From positions 1 to 64,000 of the IMG/VR virus record IMGVR_UViG_3300020377_000001: DNA of 64,000 bases; one strand, written 5' to 3'. The notes beneath the pieces are model-generated. The model was not told the origin of the DNA. It saw only the letters and a list, made by a program, of their open reading frames with translations, and did not search any database. This DNA is from a virus. How positions within the stretch are numbered: the stretch's first letter is position 1; each line of letters opens with the position of its first letter. Positions 9,264 through 19,381 of the stretch are shown in pieces. A program made the translations under genes and the position numbers.

Positions 9264-10537
9264 TGGACGCAATTTCTGCTGCAGAGAAAAGTGTTTTAGG
9301 GGTTTGTTTTCTTGCTGAGAGGTCTGTGGTCGCAGACATAAGCCAGAGGCTTGATGAGGATGACTTTCATCAACCGCAGAACAAAAGGCTATTTAGCTCC
9401 ATAAAGGCACTTATAAATAGCGGACAGGAGGTTAACTCCATAAAGGTGATTGAGCATGCAGAGTCCACTGGGTGTAATGAAGACACGTTTGGTCTGACAT
9501 TAGATTTTATACACTCAGTCGAGCAGTGCGTTGCCACCTCTTTATCCTACGGATCTTATATTGACATTGTGAAGCAGGGCTCAAAGAGACGATCAACCCA
9601 AACTTCTTTGGTAAGGGCGGTCACTGAACTGTCTGATCCGAGCTGTCCAGTAGATGATACAATCGATGCACTCGTAGCCAAGTTGAGTGCCAGAAGCCGT
9701 CCAGACGGGCTGCAGGTCACTAGCCTGTCCGATGCGATTGCAAAAGCCTTGAGAGAAACACAGGAGAGGTTTGAGTCTGGTAATGAAATAATCGGTATTA
9801 AGACAGGGCTTCGAGAGTTGGACGACCTCACAGGGGGACTTAAGCCGCAGAGGATGTATATTTTGATGGGTGGTACAGGCAGGGGTAAAACCTGTCTCGC
9901 GCTGAACATTGTAAATTCTGCTGTCATGGACAAATATCGAGTCCTCCACCTATCACTTGAAATGTCAGGATCCGATTTGGCAAAGCGCTTGATATCGATG
10001 CGGGCTCAGGTAGATGGAAAGCGAATTGATAATGGAAACTTGAGCTCAGATGAGCTTGATTCGATGGTTTACGCGGCAAGAGACTTAAAGGGCAACAGCG
10101 ATAATCTTAGTTTTGTGGAGGGTAGAGTGTCCACGTCGCAGTTGAGGATGGAGTTGATAAGAATGGGGGATGACAACACACCAGATCTAATCATTGTCGA
10201 TTATCTCCAACTTATTGTTGGTGAGTCTGCCCCAACGAGACAGCAGCAGATACAGAAGATCTCCTCAGACCTGCTTTCCATTGCCATTGAGTTTAACCTA
10301 GTCATCATAGCCCTATCTCAGCAGAACAAGCAGGGTGAGGCGCGGGAGTCTAAAGACATTGAGAATGATGCAAGTGGGATAATGAAGATTGAGTATGAGG
10401 ATGAGTCAGAGGGCCCATCTCAGCCTGCGCCAAACGTATTTATAAACATGACCAAACATCGATTTGGAGACATAGGAAAAGCAAGAGCGACCTTCTTTCG
10501 TAAGCATCAGCTTTTTGTTAATCGAAGGGATTATTGA
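9260..10537 (+). CDS. dnaB: DnaB-like replicative helicase
   Basis: AEKSVLG N-domain, GIKTGLRELD, GGTGRGKT, SLEM, IVDYLQL, LSQ, KHRFG. Confidence 0.93.
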   Translation: MMDAISAAEKSVLGVCFLAERSVVADISQRLDEDDFHQPQNKRLFSSIKALINSGQEVNSIKVIEHAESTGCNEDTFGLTLDFIHSVEQCVATSLSYGSYIDIVKQGSKRRSTQTSLVRAVTELSDPSCPVDDTIDALVAKLSARSRPDGLQVTSLSDAIAKALRETQERFESGNEIIGIKTGLRELDDLTGGLKPQRMYILMGGTGRGKTCLALNIVNSAVMDKYRVLHLSLEMSGSDLAKRLISMRAQVDGKRIDNGNLSSDELDSMVYAARDLKGNSDNLSFVEGRVSTSQLRMELIRMGDDNTPDLIIVDYLQLIVGESAPTRQQQIQKISSDLLSIAIEFNLVIIALSQQNKQGEARESKDIENDASGIMKIEYEDESEGPSQPAPNVFINMTKHRFGDIGKARATFFRKHQLFVNRRDY

Positions 10538-10539
10538 GA

Positions 10540-10989
10540 ATGATTCACTACTGTTTGATGGTTTTCTGTACTGCAATCGTGTCCTCCCAGACGAGCACGA
10601 TGGTGGAGCACAGGGTTTCCGTCTGTCATGATGTCGGTGTTGAGGCAATCATGCAGGACGTTGACCCCGTCTTGGCAATCGCTGTTGCCTGGAGAGAGTC
10701 GGCGTTCATTAGAACCGCAAGATCGAGTGCTGGTGCGGTTGGACCAATGCAGGTTTTGCCTCGTTTTTGGTGCAAGGGGTCTCCATGTAACTTGGTGAAG
10801 GCAGGCATAGACGCACTAAAACATTACACGTCTAAATACGGCATAAAGTCTGGACTGTGTGCTTATTTCAGCGGAAGACCGTGCAGCCGAGCTCCGAAGT
10901 CTGCTAATCGGTATCAAAAGTCGGTGCTTTCGATTGAGGATAAGTTTGAAAAGCATTGGGACGAACCTTGCGGAGACCTGGGTTGCTAG
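10540..10989 (+). CDS. SLT-family lytic transglycosylase
   Basis: AVAWRESAF catalytic Glu, SSAGAVGPMQV, AY motif; hydrophobic N-terminus. Confidence 0.8.
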   Translation: MIHYCLMVFCTAIVSSQTSTMVEHRVSVCHDVGVEAIMQDVDPVLAIAVAWRESAFIRTARSSAGAVGPMQVLPRFWCKGSPCNLVKAGIDALKHYTSKYGIKSGLCAYFSGRPCSRAPKSANRYQKSVLSIEDKFEKHWDEPCGDLGC

Positions 10990-11117
10990 TATTTACCCTT
11001 GCCTTCAGCGTAAGAGATGAACCGCCGTTGTGCCTCGATTCAATTCACGATTATCTTTGGATTGTCGTTCTGGTATTATGTGTAGTATCTGTTCTGTATA
11101 TTGCTAGGAGGTGAACG

Positions 11118-11585
11118 ATGAGTCGCGTAAAATCTGCGGTCAAGCAGAGAAGAGAGTACATCAAAGAACTTTTGCTCGGTTACGTCCCAGATAGGACGAT
11201 TGCAAGAAAGTGCGCTGACAGGTTCAATACCAACACCGCCACGATTTTCAGCGACCTTCGCATAATCAAGAAGCAGATGTCGGAGGACGCTGCTAGACTT
11301 GCAGACGCAGAGTTTGTGGATCGTCTGAAGATGCAACACGTTAGTAGCCTTCAACGCGCCATGGCAACAGCAATATCCAAAGATAATATAAATCAGTTCA
11401 TACGTGCATCAGCGCAATACATCCAGCTAATGGATTTTAATGGCAAAAGCTCAAATCAAAAGAAGTCTTCAGAGCCCGATGGGACCGCGATTAGCACGCT
11501 CACAGATGAAGAGTTGATGGAGATGATTAAAAAGTCTGGAGGAGCGTTTGACCTATCATCTAAAGACGGAAAGAAGATACACTGA
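11118..11585 (+). CDS. Terminase small subunit (putative)
   Basis: HTH-like start, LTDEEL tail, AGGAGG RBS, coupled to TerL. Confidence 0.65.
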   Translation: MSRVKSAVKQRREYIKELLLGYVPDRTIARKCADRFNTNTATIFSDLRIIKKQMSEDAARLADAEFVDRLKMQHVSSLQRAMATAISKDNINQFIRASAQYIQLMDFNGKSSNQKKSSEPDGTAISTLTDEELMEMIKKSGGAFDLSSKDGKKIH

Positions 11586-13042
11586 TGCCCGCCCAGGGTC
11601 GTGAGGGGCTCGAACTTGCGCTTCGCGAGCTCACCAAGAGAAACATGGAAAAGTCACTGTCGCTTTTCGCGCAGCACTGTTGGCACATTGTAGAGCCTGC
11701 GACCCCATACAAGCACGGGTGGCACATAGACGCCATCTGTGAACACCTCGAGGCTGTTACAGACGGACGCATTCGAAACCTTGTAATAAACATGCCGCCC
11801 CGCCACATGAAGTCGATGCTGGTTTGTGTGTTTTGGCCATGCTGGGTTTGGGCAACGAGACCCGAATCAAGGTGGCTCTATTCTTCCTATGCTCAAAGTC
11901 TAAGCATTCGAGACTCTTTGAAGTGTAGGCGAATCGTTGAGAGTAGGTGGTATCGAGAGCACTGGCCGGACGTAAAGCTCAACGTGGATCAAAACCAGAA
12001 GGCCAGATTTGAAAACACTCACACAGGATATCGAGTTTCTACCTCTGTTGGAGGCTCGGCCACTGGTGAAGGTGGGGATTTTATAGTCTGTGACGACCCT
12101 CACAAGGTCGGTGACGTTCCATCAGAGCGAATACGAGAGCAGGTAGTCAACTGGTGGAATGAAGAAATGAGCACTCGAGGCAATGACCCAAAGAAGGTTG
12201 CCAAGGTCATCGTCGCTCAGAGGGTGCATGAAAACGATTTGTGTGGATATGTTCTACAGCAAGGGGGCTATGAGCACCTTTGTCTTGCCGCAGAGTTTGA
12301 TGGACACAGATCGAAGACCGCACTCGGATGGAAGGACCCAAGGAAGGAAGAAGGTGATCTTCTTTGGTCAGACAGGTTTGGCAGGGACGAGCTCGATGAA
12401 CTGAAAAAACGTTTAGGTGCTTACGCGGCTGCGGCGCAACTCCAGCAGAGACCCGCCCCTGCTGGAGGCGGGTTGTTTCGGGAGGAGTGGTGGAAGTTTT
12501 GGGATGAGTTTCCAGCATCGATGGATGAAATTATCCAAAGCTGGGATATGGCCTTCAAGGGAACGAAGAAGGGATCTTTCGTGGTTTGTCAGGTGTGGGG
12601 TCGAATTGGTGCCGACTTTTACCTACTTGACCAGCTCAGGAAGCGCATGTCCTTTCCACAAACAATCAGCTCATTCAAAGAGATGTATGCGAGGTGGCCG
12701 ATGACTCAGGCTATTCTCGTAGAGGACAAGGCGAACGGACCGGCGATCATAGACACCCTCAAGGGGTCGATACCCGGTATAATCCCAGTACAGCCTGACG
12801 GTTCAAAGATCGCCAGAGCTTCTGCGATAAGTGCGTTAATTGAAGCTGGTGATGTTAAAATACCGAACCCAAAACACTACCCTTGGGTCGTAGACTTCTT
12901 AAGGGAATGTGGATCTTTTCCCGTTGGGCCTAACGACGATCAGGTAGACGCCATGAGTCAAGCACTCGAGAGGATGCGGAAATCAATTCAAAGTGGCTTG
13001 TTTCAGATTCGCGGCGGAAACCTGAAAAGGAGACTATCTTGA
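11585..13042 (+). CDS. terL: Terminase large subunit
   Basis: NMPPRHMKS, TGEGGDFIVCDDPH, QQRP, SWDMAFK, EDKANG, FPVGPNDDQVDAMSQA. Confidence 0.95.
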   Translation: MPAQGREGLELALRELTKRNMEKSLSLFAQHCWHIVEPATPYKHGWHIDAICEHLEAVTDGRIRNLVINMPPRHMKSMLVCVFWPCWVWATRPESRWLYSSYAQSLSIRDSLKCRRIVESRWYREHWPDVKLNVDQNQKARFENTHTGYRVSTSVGGSATGEGGDFIVCDDPHKVGDVPSERIREQVVNWWNEEMSTRGNDPKKVAKVIVAQRVHENDLCGYVLQQGGYEHLCLAAEFDGHRSKTALGWKDPRKEEGDLLWSDRFGRDELDELKKRLGAYAAAAQLQQRPAPAGGGLFREEWWKFWDEFPASMDEIIQSWDMAFKGTKKGSFVVCQVWGRIGADFYLLDQLRKRMSFPQTISSFKEMYARWPMTQAILVEDKANGPAIIDTLKGSIPGIIPVQPDGSKIARASAISALIEAGDVKIPNPKHYPWVVDFLRECGSFPVGPNDDQVDAMSQALERMRKSIQSGLFQIRGGNLKRRLS

Positions 13043-13062
13043 GACATTCGCCAGACTTTATC

Positions 13063-13179
13063 ATGAATCAATATGCTCAGTATCGAGAATTTGAACCACC
13101 GAATGACTACGCAGTTTTGGGTTGCATCATCCTGACAATCCTTTATTTGATCTATTTTGAACTAAAAAGATCGAATTGA
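13063..13179 (+). CDS. 38-aa membrane peptide (not in ORF track)
   Basis: ATG..TGA fills the gap; AVLGCIILTILYLIYF hydrophobic stretch. Confidence 0.35.
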   Translation: MNQYAQYREFEPPNDYAVLGCIILTILYLIYFELKRSN

Positions 13180-13205
13180 ACCCAACAAACTATCGAGGGA
13201 TTGCT

Positions 13206-13526
13206 ATGGACATGCTCCTTTATCAAGAAAAAGCCACCAGAACACTCAATCAAACTCTAGGCATGCAGGAATCTTTGACAAACCTGTGCATGGGCATTGC
13301 TGGCGAAAGCGGCGAGCTTATCGACTACTTTAAAAAGCATATTTTTCATGGCCACGAATTGAACCGTGAGCACGTTAAATCTGAGCTCGGAGACATTCTT
13401 TGGTATGTAGCATGCCTAGCAGACACCTTAGAAATATCTCTAGAGGACGTCTGTCTTTCAAACATTGAAAAGCTTGAGTCAAGGTATCCAGAGGGCTTCA
13501 GCAAAGAGATGAGCAAAAACAGATGA
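13206..13526 (+). CDS. MazG-like nucleotide pyrophosphohydrolase
   Basis: GIAGESGE, ELGDILWY, NIEKLESRYP. Confidence 0.9.
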   Translation: MDMLLYQEKATRTLNQTLGMQESLTNLCMGIAGESGELIDYFKKHIFHGHELNREHVKSELGDILWYVACLADTLEISLEDVCLSNIEKLESRYPEGFSKEMSKNR

Positions 13527-13708
13527 AGATAATGTTGGAGATTCATAGCGATATGGTTGACTGGATTGACAACCAGATCTTGGAGAAGGGTCTAGACGAA
13601 GATTGTGCTGATCGTAAAGCTCCCTACCTGAGGGGTCAAATCATTGAGTCTTTGATCGTCTCCGCTCGTGAAAGCTCCAGGAAGGATTTTCGAGGGTCAC
13701 GTAATTAG
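13523..13708 (+). CDS. Small hypothetical, ribbon-helix-helix-like
   Basis: 61 aa, ATGA-coupled to MazG. Confidence 0.45.
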   Translation: MKIMLEIHSDMVDWIDNQILEKGLDEDCADRKAPYLRGQIIESLIVSARESSRKDFRGSRN

Positions 13709-14272
13709 GTCCATAAGGTTTGACTCAGAGGCCGCAACCCAATACGCCTTATCAACCGATCCGATTGGCTGAAAGCTTCTAGAGCAGAACGACCCTAGTC
13801 GCGTGCCCGTCATCCTGCACGACGATTCGGACCACACGATAATCATGGATCCAACCACGTTTCCACCCACAGGCTTGCCTGTCGATGGGTTCAGAAAACC
13901 TACCCTGCCCTTCATGAACCACAATTCTGACGCCTTCCCAACCACGTATTTGTGAAACCATTTCACGTCTACCGTTGACGGCATGAGGGCCACAACCTCT
14001 TTCACCTCACCATCCCTCGCGGCATGCCAAGCCCTCGACATGAATTCTGCGCTTTTACTGTAAGGCGGGTTGATAAAAACGCGGTCTCCAAGCGAGGACC
14101 AGCTGTTGGCAAGCGCATTTGACTTATAGGTAAAGAAGCGAGCACAGAGTGCGTTTTTGGGATTGGCGCATGCATCGCCCGTAAATCTAAAACGACTGTT
14201 GAGACGCGCAAACAGCTCTGGAGGGGTTCTCCAATCGTCTTTCGAGTCCTCTCTGTGCTTCCTGTGGCTCAT
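13697..14272 (-). CDS. Phage (lambda-type) Dam N6-adenine methyltransferase
   Basis: DDWRTPPELF, DACA, VFINPPYS, GRVGF. Confidence 0.88.
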   Translation of the reverse strand: MSHRKHREDSKDDWRTPPELFARLNSRFRFTGDACANPKNALCARFFTYKSNALANSWSSLGDRVFINPPYSKSAEFMSRAWHAARDGEVKEVVALMPSTVDVKWFHKYVVGKASELWFMKGRVGFLNPSTGKPVGGNVVGSMIIVWSESSCRMTGTRLGSFCSRSFQPIGSVDKAYWVAASESNLMDLIT

Positions 14273-14583
14273 TGCGATATCACTGAGGGGTTATCCCTAG
14301 CATGTCTTAGCAAAGCGTCGTACAGACCCCCGTTCACGCCCCCCTGGATAGATCTGGTGAGGTGAACCCCGTTGGAGTCCGACTGAACATGCAATACTGA
14401 TGAGTCGCTCAACATAAAGACATGTGAGCACGGTATGCTCCTGTCTTCAACCTTGGATAGGAAAAACCTAACTCGACCTAGGATTTCATCGCGCATGTCA
14501 TCTGTTGCATGCATCTGAACCTTAAACCAAAACCGCTGTACCAGACGAAGAAAGTCGCTAATTATGTGTATAAAGACCCTCAT
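14269..14583 (-). CDS. Hypothetical protein
   Basis: ATGA-coupled on both sides. Confidence 0.55.
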   Translation of the reverse strand: MRVFIHIISDFLRLVQRFWFKVQMHATDDMRDEILGRVRFFLSKVEDRSIPCSHVFMLSDSSVLHVQSDSNGVHLTRSIQGGVNGGLYDALLRHARDNPSVISQ

Positions 14584-15296
14584 ACTAGTCCCTCCTGCAA
14601 TATCAGGCTTACCTTATCCTTGGCCTCGAGAACCTTGAGCCCCCCAGCGTAAATCTTGTGAATAGACATTTTCACAAAAGGCTTTCCTGCACGATTGACG
14701 TATCCCTTTTGGTTAACCTTATCACAGATCTTTTGGTACGACACCCCAGCGTCCCTCAGGCGCATAACCATCTTGAGAACCTTTGCTTCCTCTCGGTGGA
14801 CGTGCAGATTTCCATCCTCGTCAGCAAACATTCCCCAAGGGACCGTGCCGGCCCTCTTTCCGTTTCTTCGAAGCTGACGTAGCGCCGCTCGAGTTCTCAT
14901 TTTCGTTTTAGCGAGCTCAAACTCCGCGAAGGAATCCATGATTCGTCTCATGAGGACTGCGTTTGGATCGTCACTATGGTCGAGTCCATCTGCCGACATA
15001 ATCACTGCGCCGCGCTCCTTAACCAAGGTCTCAGCGGCAATGGCCTGAGAAACACCACGCGCAAGACGGTCACGCTTTGAGATGATGAGAATATCTCCCT
15101 CCCCTAGGTCATATATCGCATCCATCAGCACTTCGCGCTCATGAAGTGCAGCAGCGCCAGAGACACCCTTTTCAACATGAATTGCCTCTACAGAAAGACC
15201 CTTACGCTCGGCCATACCCCTGCACTCAAAGATCTGTGCATCTGGGCTAAGGTGTTGCTCATCGGTCGATACTCGTACGTAAATTACTGCACCCAT
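14580..15296 (-). CDS. Serine recombinase (resolvase/invertase family)
   Basis: YVRVSTDEQ catalytic Ser, GVSG, RDRLAR, FAEFE, PWG and short C-terminal DNA-binding domain. Confidence 0.92.
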   Translation of the reverse strand: MGAVIYVRVSTDEQHLSPDAQIFECRGMAERKGLSVEAIHVEKGVSGAAALHEREVLMDAIYDLGEGDILIISKRDRLARGVSQAIAAETLVKERGAVIMSADGLDHSDDPNAVLMRRIMDSFAEFELAKTKMRTRAALRQLRRNGKRAGTVPWGMFADEDGNLHVHREEAKVLKMVMRLRDAGVSYQKICDKVNQKGYVNRAGKPFVKMSIHKIYAGGLKVLEAKDKVSLILQEGLV

Positions 15297-15297
15297 A

Positions 15298-15477
15298 CTA
15301 CACGTCCTTTCGATCTGAAGAGTTTATAAACTGCATCGCAAGAAAGCGGATTACCTGAGACCTAGACATCCTAACGCCAATCTTGGACTCCGCCAGTATG
15401 GTGGACTGCTCTAGAAGAGACCGTATCTCTAGGTTTGGATCGTGAATTGAAAAGTTGGGTGATGATTTGTTAGACAT
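15298..15477 (-). CDS. Small RHH-like regulator upstream of recombinase
   Basis: AAGGAG RBS; MSRSQVIR helix pattern. Confidence 0.5.
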   Translation of the reverse strand: MSNKSSPNFSIHDPNLEIRSLLEQSTILAESKIGVRMSRSQVIRFLAMQFINSSDRKDV

Positions 15478-15505
15478 TTTCTGCTCCTTCTCTGTTGGTA
15501 AGACC

Positions 15506-15534
15506 AATCTACTGGAGCAAATAACTCAAGTCAA
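15506..15534 (-). promoter_or_regulatory. sigma70-like promoter for regulator-recombinase-Dam unit
   Basis: TTGACT-17-TAGATT on minus strand. Confidence 0.6.
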
Positions 15535-15553
15535 CACTATTTCTAGATATAAT

Positions 15554-16285
15554 CTATATAGATCCTGTGTAGGTGTAGATGTCGCCCGACTTTGTGATTA
15601 CGTCGAATCTTATTAGTTGATTGATTACGCTTCTGGATATTCGTCCATGTTTCGGTGTGAAGCACCCCGCCGGCGCAATCTTTGACAGGTCGTCAACTGT
15701 GAATGTGTCTCCGCTAGAATAGTGGAGCTCAATTTCATTGATGAGCTTCCTTGCCTCGAGTGTTGGGTTTCGGTCGTAGTTGAATACGCTCATGCTTGGT
15801 CCTTTCGGGTCGTATGTTGTACAGGATTCACATCCTGTGTATTTTTTGCTTCTTACGTTTTCGCATCGAGAAAAGCACCATCTGCAAACCTTATATCCAC
15901 CCTTCACTCTGGGTGATTCAGGTCCAACTCTATTGAATTCTGATCCACAGCACTTGCACTTGAACCAAATATCGTAAGTCACCTCAACATGATCTGCAAA
16001 CAGAAAGTCTGGTCGAATACGCGCCATTTCAGATCTTACGACTGACTCAACAGACCTCCAGATTGCACAAAGCTTCTGGTCGGTTTTGTCGAGATAGTGT
16101 CCGTGACTATCCGCAAGAGCAATGTTTATTAAAGTGGGCCAGTGCTTTTCATCAACGATTTCTCGAATCATGTCCAGAACCCGCTCTTGGACTTTCCTCT
16201 TGGTTCCGAGGTTGCAGCTTGCATAAAGGTTTTTGGATCGTTGCGATGTTTGATTCTGCCTTTTCTGGTGCCTACTGAACCCCAT
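15554..16285 (-). CDS. Cys-rich hypothetical protein
   Basis: Several CxxC pairs and a winged-helix-like C-terminus. Confidence 0.55.
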   Translation of the reverse strand: MGFSRHQKRQNQTSQRSKNLYASCNLGTKRKVQERVLDMIREIVDEKHWPTLINIALADSHGHYLDKTDQKLCAIWRSVESVVRSEMARIRPDFLFADHVEVTYDIWFKCKCCGSEFNRVGPESPRVKGGYKVCRWCFSRCENVRSKKYTGCESCTTYDPKGPSMSVFNYDRNPTLEARKLINEIELHYSSGDTFTVDDLSKIAPAGCFTPKHGRISRSVINQLIRFDVITKSGDIYTYTGSI

Positions 16286-17061
16286 TAGGCCGCACCAAGA
16301 TTGATGCTGTCTATTTCACCGTCGTCATCTAGATGGGCCATCTCAATAAGACCAATGTCTGTTTGCGTAATGCTCAGGAGTTTTGGCACTCTAGAGGGTG
16401 AACTATACGGAACCCCTAGCCTGTTCCAGATTTTTTCAAAATATGGGATTGCTGGGTTTATTTTGTACAAACCTGAGGTAAATGGTTCGAGCTCGTTCAG
16501 GTCGAAAGATACAGTGGTTCTTACATGCATAGAGTCGTCGCGAAAAACAAATAGCGGTGACAACCCCTTATTCAGAAGCTTCTTGGCCTTAATGATGTCA
16601 ACAAGGTCAATTCTCTTGATGTCTTCAGAGACAATGGAAAGCATCGCTTCAGCCAAAGAGCACATGGAGTTTGAGTTTTGAAGATACATCCAGTCTTGGC
16701 TCACAGGATCTCTCCACGTAAGAGATTTAAGCTGACCCCCCTCCTGATGGTGGCCCTTAATCACATCGCGTATAACGTCAGACCTAACCATGTCCAGGCA
16801 CGTAGTTTGATCGAGTTCCAAGTATCTCAGCTTCTCAAGTCGAATCTTGGCTAACGTAATCAAGTCAAGGTTTGCCTGAGGGTGCAACGGTCCAGATGGG
16901 GACTCTGTCGGGGTATGGATCAGCCCTCGATCATTTAGTCTGCGTAAAAACGATACCTCGCAATTCATGCGCTCTACGATTTCACTTTCCGTTATCGTCT
17001 TTTCCATCGGCTCTTCTGCTCTTGGGAACACCCGGGGCCCCCGTGTTTGCTTTGGTTTCAT
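16285..17061 (-). CDS. Hypothetical protein, possible MerR-like N-terminus
   Basis: GAAAGGACC RBS; LRRLNDRGLIHTP pattern. Confidence 0.55.
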   Translation of the reverse strand: MKPKQTRGPRVFPRAEEPMEKTITESEIVERMNCEVSFLRRLNDRGLIHTPTESPSGPLHPQANLDLITLAKIRLEKLRYLELDQTTCLDMVRSDVIRDVIKGHHQEGGQLKSLTWRDPVSQDWMYLQNSNSMCSLAEAMLSIVSEDIKRIDLVDIIKAKKLLNKGLSPLFVFRDDSMHVRTTVSFDLNELEPFTSGLYKINPAIPYFEKIWNRLGVPYSSPSRVPKLLSITQTDIGLIEMAHLDDDGEIDSINLGAA

Positions 17062-17165
17062 AATGGTCCTTTCTGTAACTTATTGGCAAACCCATGGGTC
17101 CGTATGGTGTTCCAGGCTTTGCCCTCATCTTTTTAAGTAGTTTACCTGTTTCATGAGTGGCCAAA

Positions 17166-17774
17166 CTACCTTCTCCTTAGTTGCTCTCTTAGTGAAAATT
17201 CACAGTTCAGTGCGTCAGTGACATGAATTCGATCACCATCATAGCCGCGCTCAACGTTTAGGTAAACATGGGCTTTCTTTGGGAGGGATATATTTCCGCT
17301 TATAAACTCCAAACCCTTTTGTGTTAGGCGCCACAAGCCGCTTGTAAGTTGTTCTTCCACAGAGTCCTCAATCGACTGCTCAATGAGCCCCCAGTACTTT
17401 GCTCGAGTGTAATGCCTCGAAGTCCTAAACTCCCTAGGTGCAGACTTGGATACACTTACCCACTTTGCCTCGACCAATATTGGTGTCTTCCCTGACCAAT
17501 CGATGACGCAGAAATTTTCTGCCATCCAGATTAACGGTTCGACGACGGTTCTTGTTAATGACTCGCTTCGCATCTTAACATGTTGTCCACAGCAGGGGCA
17601 GTACGACCCCTCTAAGAGGAAGGCACTTAGTCTTCTTTGGACATGCTCAATCGTTAACTGTTTTTCGGTGGGATCTAGCGTAGGTAAGTACCCAACCATC
17701 CTGTCAATTTCTGATCGTGGGTCAATCTCTAAATTTGTTGTCTCTGTATCAACAAATAATTCATACTGCTTCAT
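17166..17774 (-). CDS. Zn-ribbon/winged-helix hypothetical protein
   Basis: CPCCGQ, WGLIE, GLWRLTQKGLEF. Confidence 0.6.
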   Translation of the reverse strand: MKQYELFVDTETTNLEIDPRSEIDRMVGYLPTLDPTEKQLTIEHVQRRLSAFLLEGSYCPCCGQHVKMRSESLTRTVVEPLIWMAENFCVIDWSGKTPILVEAKWVSVSKSAPREFRTSRHYTRAKYWGLIEQSIEDSVEEQLTSGLWRLTQKGLEFISGNISLPKKAHVYLNVERGYDGDRIHVTDALNCEFSLREQLRRR

Positions 17775-17802
17775 TTACTGCTCCTTTGTGACGTTGGTCA
17801 GA

Positions 17803-18093
17803 TCACTTGATTTTGAAGTTTTTACAAAATTCCATACCCTTCTCGGTGAGCTCACAGTCAATAACATGCACAGTGGACCTCGTGCCAGACATCGAAACCT
17901 TTTTGTGCTCAAGTACCTTAACGAGACCCATGCGTTGCAGTCTCATCACGGCCCTAATTCTTGACGCCCCCCTTCTTTTCTTGGATGTCGGCTCAACCCG
18001 TACACTTTGTTGAATCCGAAATATAGGAAAGCTTTGACAGTTTGCCTGATAGATCTCGTCGAGAAGACCTCTAGCGTAGAGTCCTAGTCTCAT
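17803..18093 (-). CDS. Winged-helix-like hypothetical protein
   Basis: RAVMRLQRMGLV...ELTEKG; start moved to ATG 18093 to avoid long overlap. Confidence 0.5.
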   Translation of the reverse strand: MRLGLYARGLLDEIYQANCQSFPIFRIQQSVRVEPTSKKRRGASRIRAVMRLQRMGLVKVLEHKKVSMSGTRSTVHVIDCELTEKGMEFCKNFKIK

Positions 18094-18352
18094 TGACGAA
18101 CCTCCCTTCCATAATCTTCCTAAGCTCGTATTCAGCATACTCAGCAAGGATGTCCCAAACCTCATCCCAACCACTACCTCTTTCGGACCAGTAACGTGCG
18201 GCCCCTTCGCTATCTGCCCCGAGAGACTCCTGAATACACGCAATCGCGTTGAACATTGCCGATTTCGCGATTTCGTTTGAACGGGACTGAATTTCGTCAT
18301 TCATGTAATCGTTCACATAGACAACGGGCAAGTTTATGGTTTCTTTATGCAT
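18071..18352 (-). CDS. Acidic hypothetical protein
   Basis: GAGGTG RBS, 93 aa. Confidence 0.55.
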   Translation of the reverse strand: MHKETINLPVVYVNDYMNDEIQSRSNEIAKSAMFNAIACIQESLGADSEGAARYWSERGSGWDEVWDILAEYAEYELRKIMEGRFVNETRTLR

Positions 18353-18372
18353 ATCACACCTCGATTTAGACT

Positions 18373-18597
18373 CTAATTATAGATAAAAGCCACGAGCATG
18401 TCTTGAATGTCTTTCATACAAGCCTTACTCATGTCTTCGCTCACGCTTTGACCGTCATCTCTGTGGACTGAAATGATTCTGATGGTGTCCTTTTTTCTGG
18501 CGCCTCGAACTAGGTCACACTCATACTTTACGGTCAACGGGCACCCATAATCCTCTGACCAAAACCTAAAAAACTTAACTACTCCTACATTCTCCAT
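18373..18597 (-). CDS. Hypothetical protein
   Basis: 74-aa ORF in tightly packed array. Confidence 0.5.
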   Translation of the reverse strand: MENVGVVKFFRFWSEDYGCPLTVKYECDLVRGARKKDTIRIISVHRDDGQSVSEDMSKACMKDIQDMLVAFIYN

Positions 18598-18932
18598 CCC
18601 AAGATCCCTCGCTTGACCTCTCGGATCAGGCTTATAATCTCTATCTTCTCAATGTGACTGTCATATGCGGTGTGTGTAATATGAACGTCGGCACCATCAA
18701 CAAGCCTGCTGTAAAGCTTGATGGTTGCCCAGGGAAACATACGAGACAGCACGGTGCCAAAATTATCGAGATATTGCTCGAACTGTTCAGTAGACATTTT
18801 CAACTGAAGCAGCGTGTGCTCATCTGGACTACCGACAGACACCCGGATTTCAGGCTCATCCCCAACGGGTTCTGCTCTTTCTGGAAAGCTAAGAAGGTTT
18901 GCCATGCCCAAATCCTTTTTCATCTCTTCCAA
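18585..18932 (-). CDS. Hypothetical protein
   Basis: ORF downstream of leader motif copy at 18962. Confidence 0.5.
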   Translation of the reverse strand: MEEMKKDLGMANLLSFPERAEPVGDEPEIRVSVGSPDEHTLLQLKMSTEQFEQYLDNFGTVLSRMFPWATIKLYSRLVDGADVHITHTAYDSHIEKIEIISLIREVKRGILGWRM

Positions 18933-19045
18933 TTTTCCTGAAAAGCTCCCGAAAGTTCATGAAAGGTTTTCTGTGTTGGCCGTAATTCTGTGCAAACCAA
19001 CCGCAAAAGTTGAAGTGATCGCGAATAACAAAGATCGGTGGGCGC

Positions 19046-19381
19046 CTAGCTTGGGGCCGGAAGGCTCAGTGTAACGCGACCACGCTGCATCCCAAATATG
19101 GACAGTCCACCCTTTGTTGTAAAGCATTCGTCTAACACAAACATCGACTGGTCTATGATGGTCTGTACACGCCTGGACTCACGACCGAGCGTTCTGCTGC
19201 CAGGTGTCAATTCGCTATGGGCCAGCCTTAAGGTCTGGCGCTCAACAAGCATGAGCTTATCCCAGACGTAGCAAATCGACTTTTGCCTATCTTGCTCTGT
19301 CTTGTATCCATGAACCACCAGCTCAAAAAGTAGTCCCTTCACGTCCAAAGTCGCAATGTATATCGGATTGTCGAAGATCAT
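19046..19381 (-). CDS. Hypothetical protein
   Basis: ORF downstream of leader motif copy at 19401. Confidence 0.5.
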   Translation of the reverse strand: MIFDNPIYIATLDVKGLLFELVVHGYKTEQDRQKSICYVWDKLMLVERQTLRLAHSELTPGSRTLGRESRRVQTIIDQSMFVLDECFTTKGGLSIFGMQRGRVTLSLPAPS

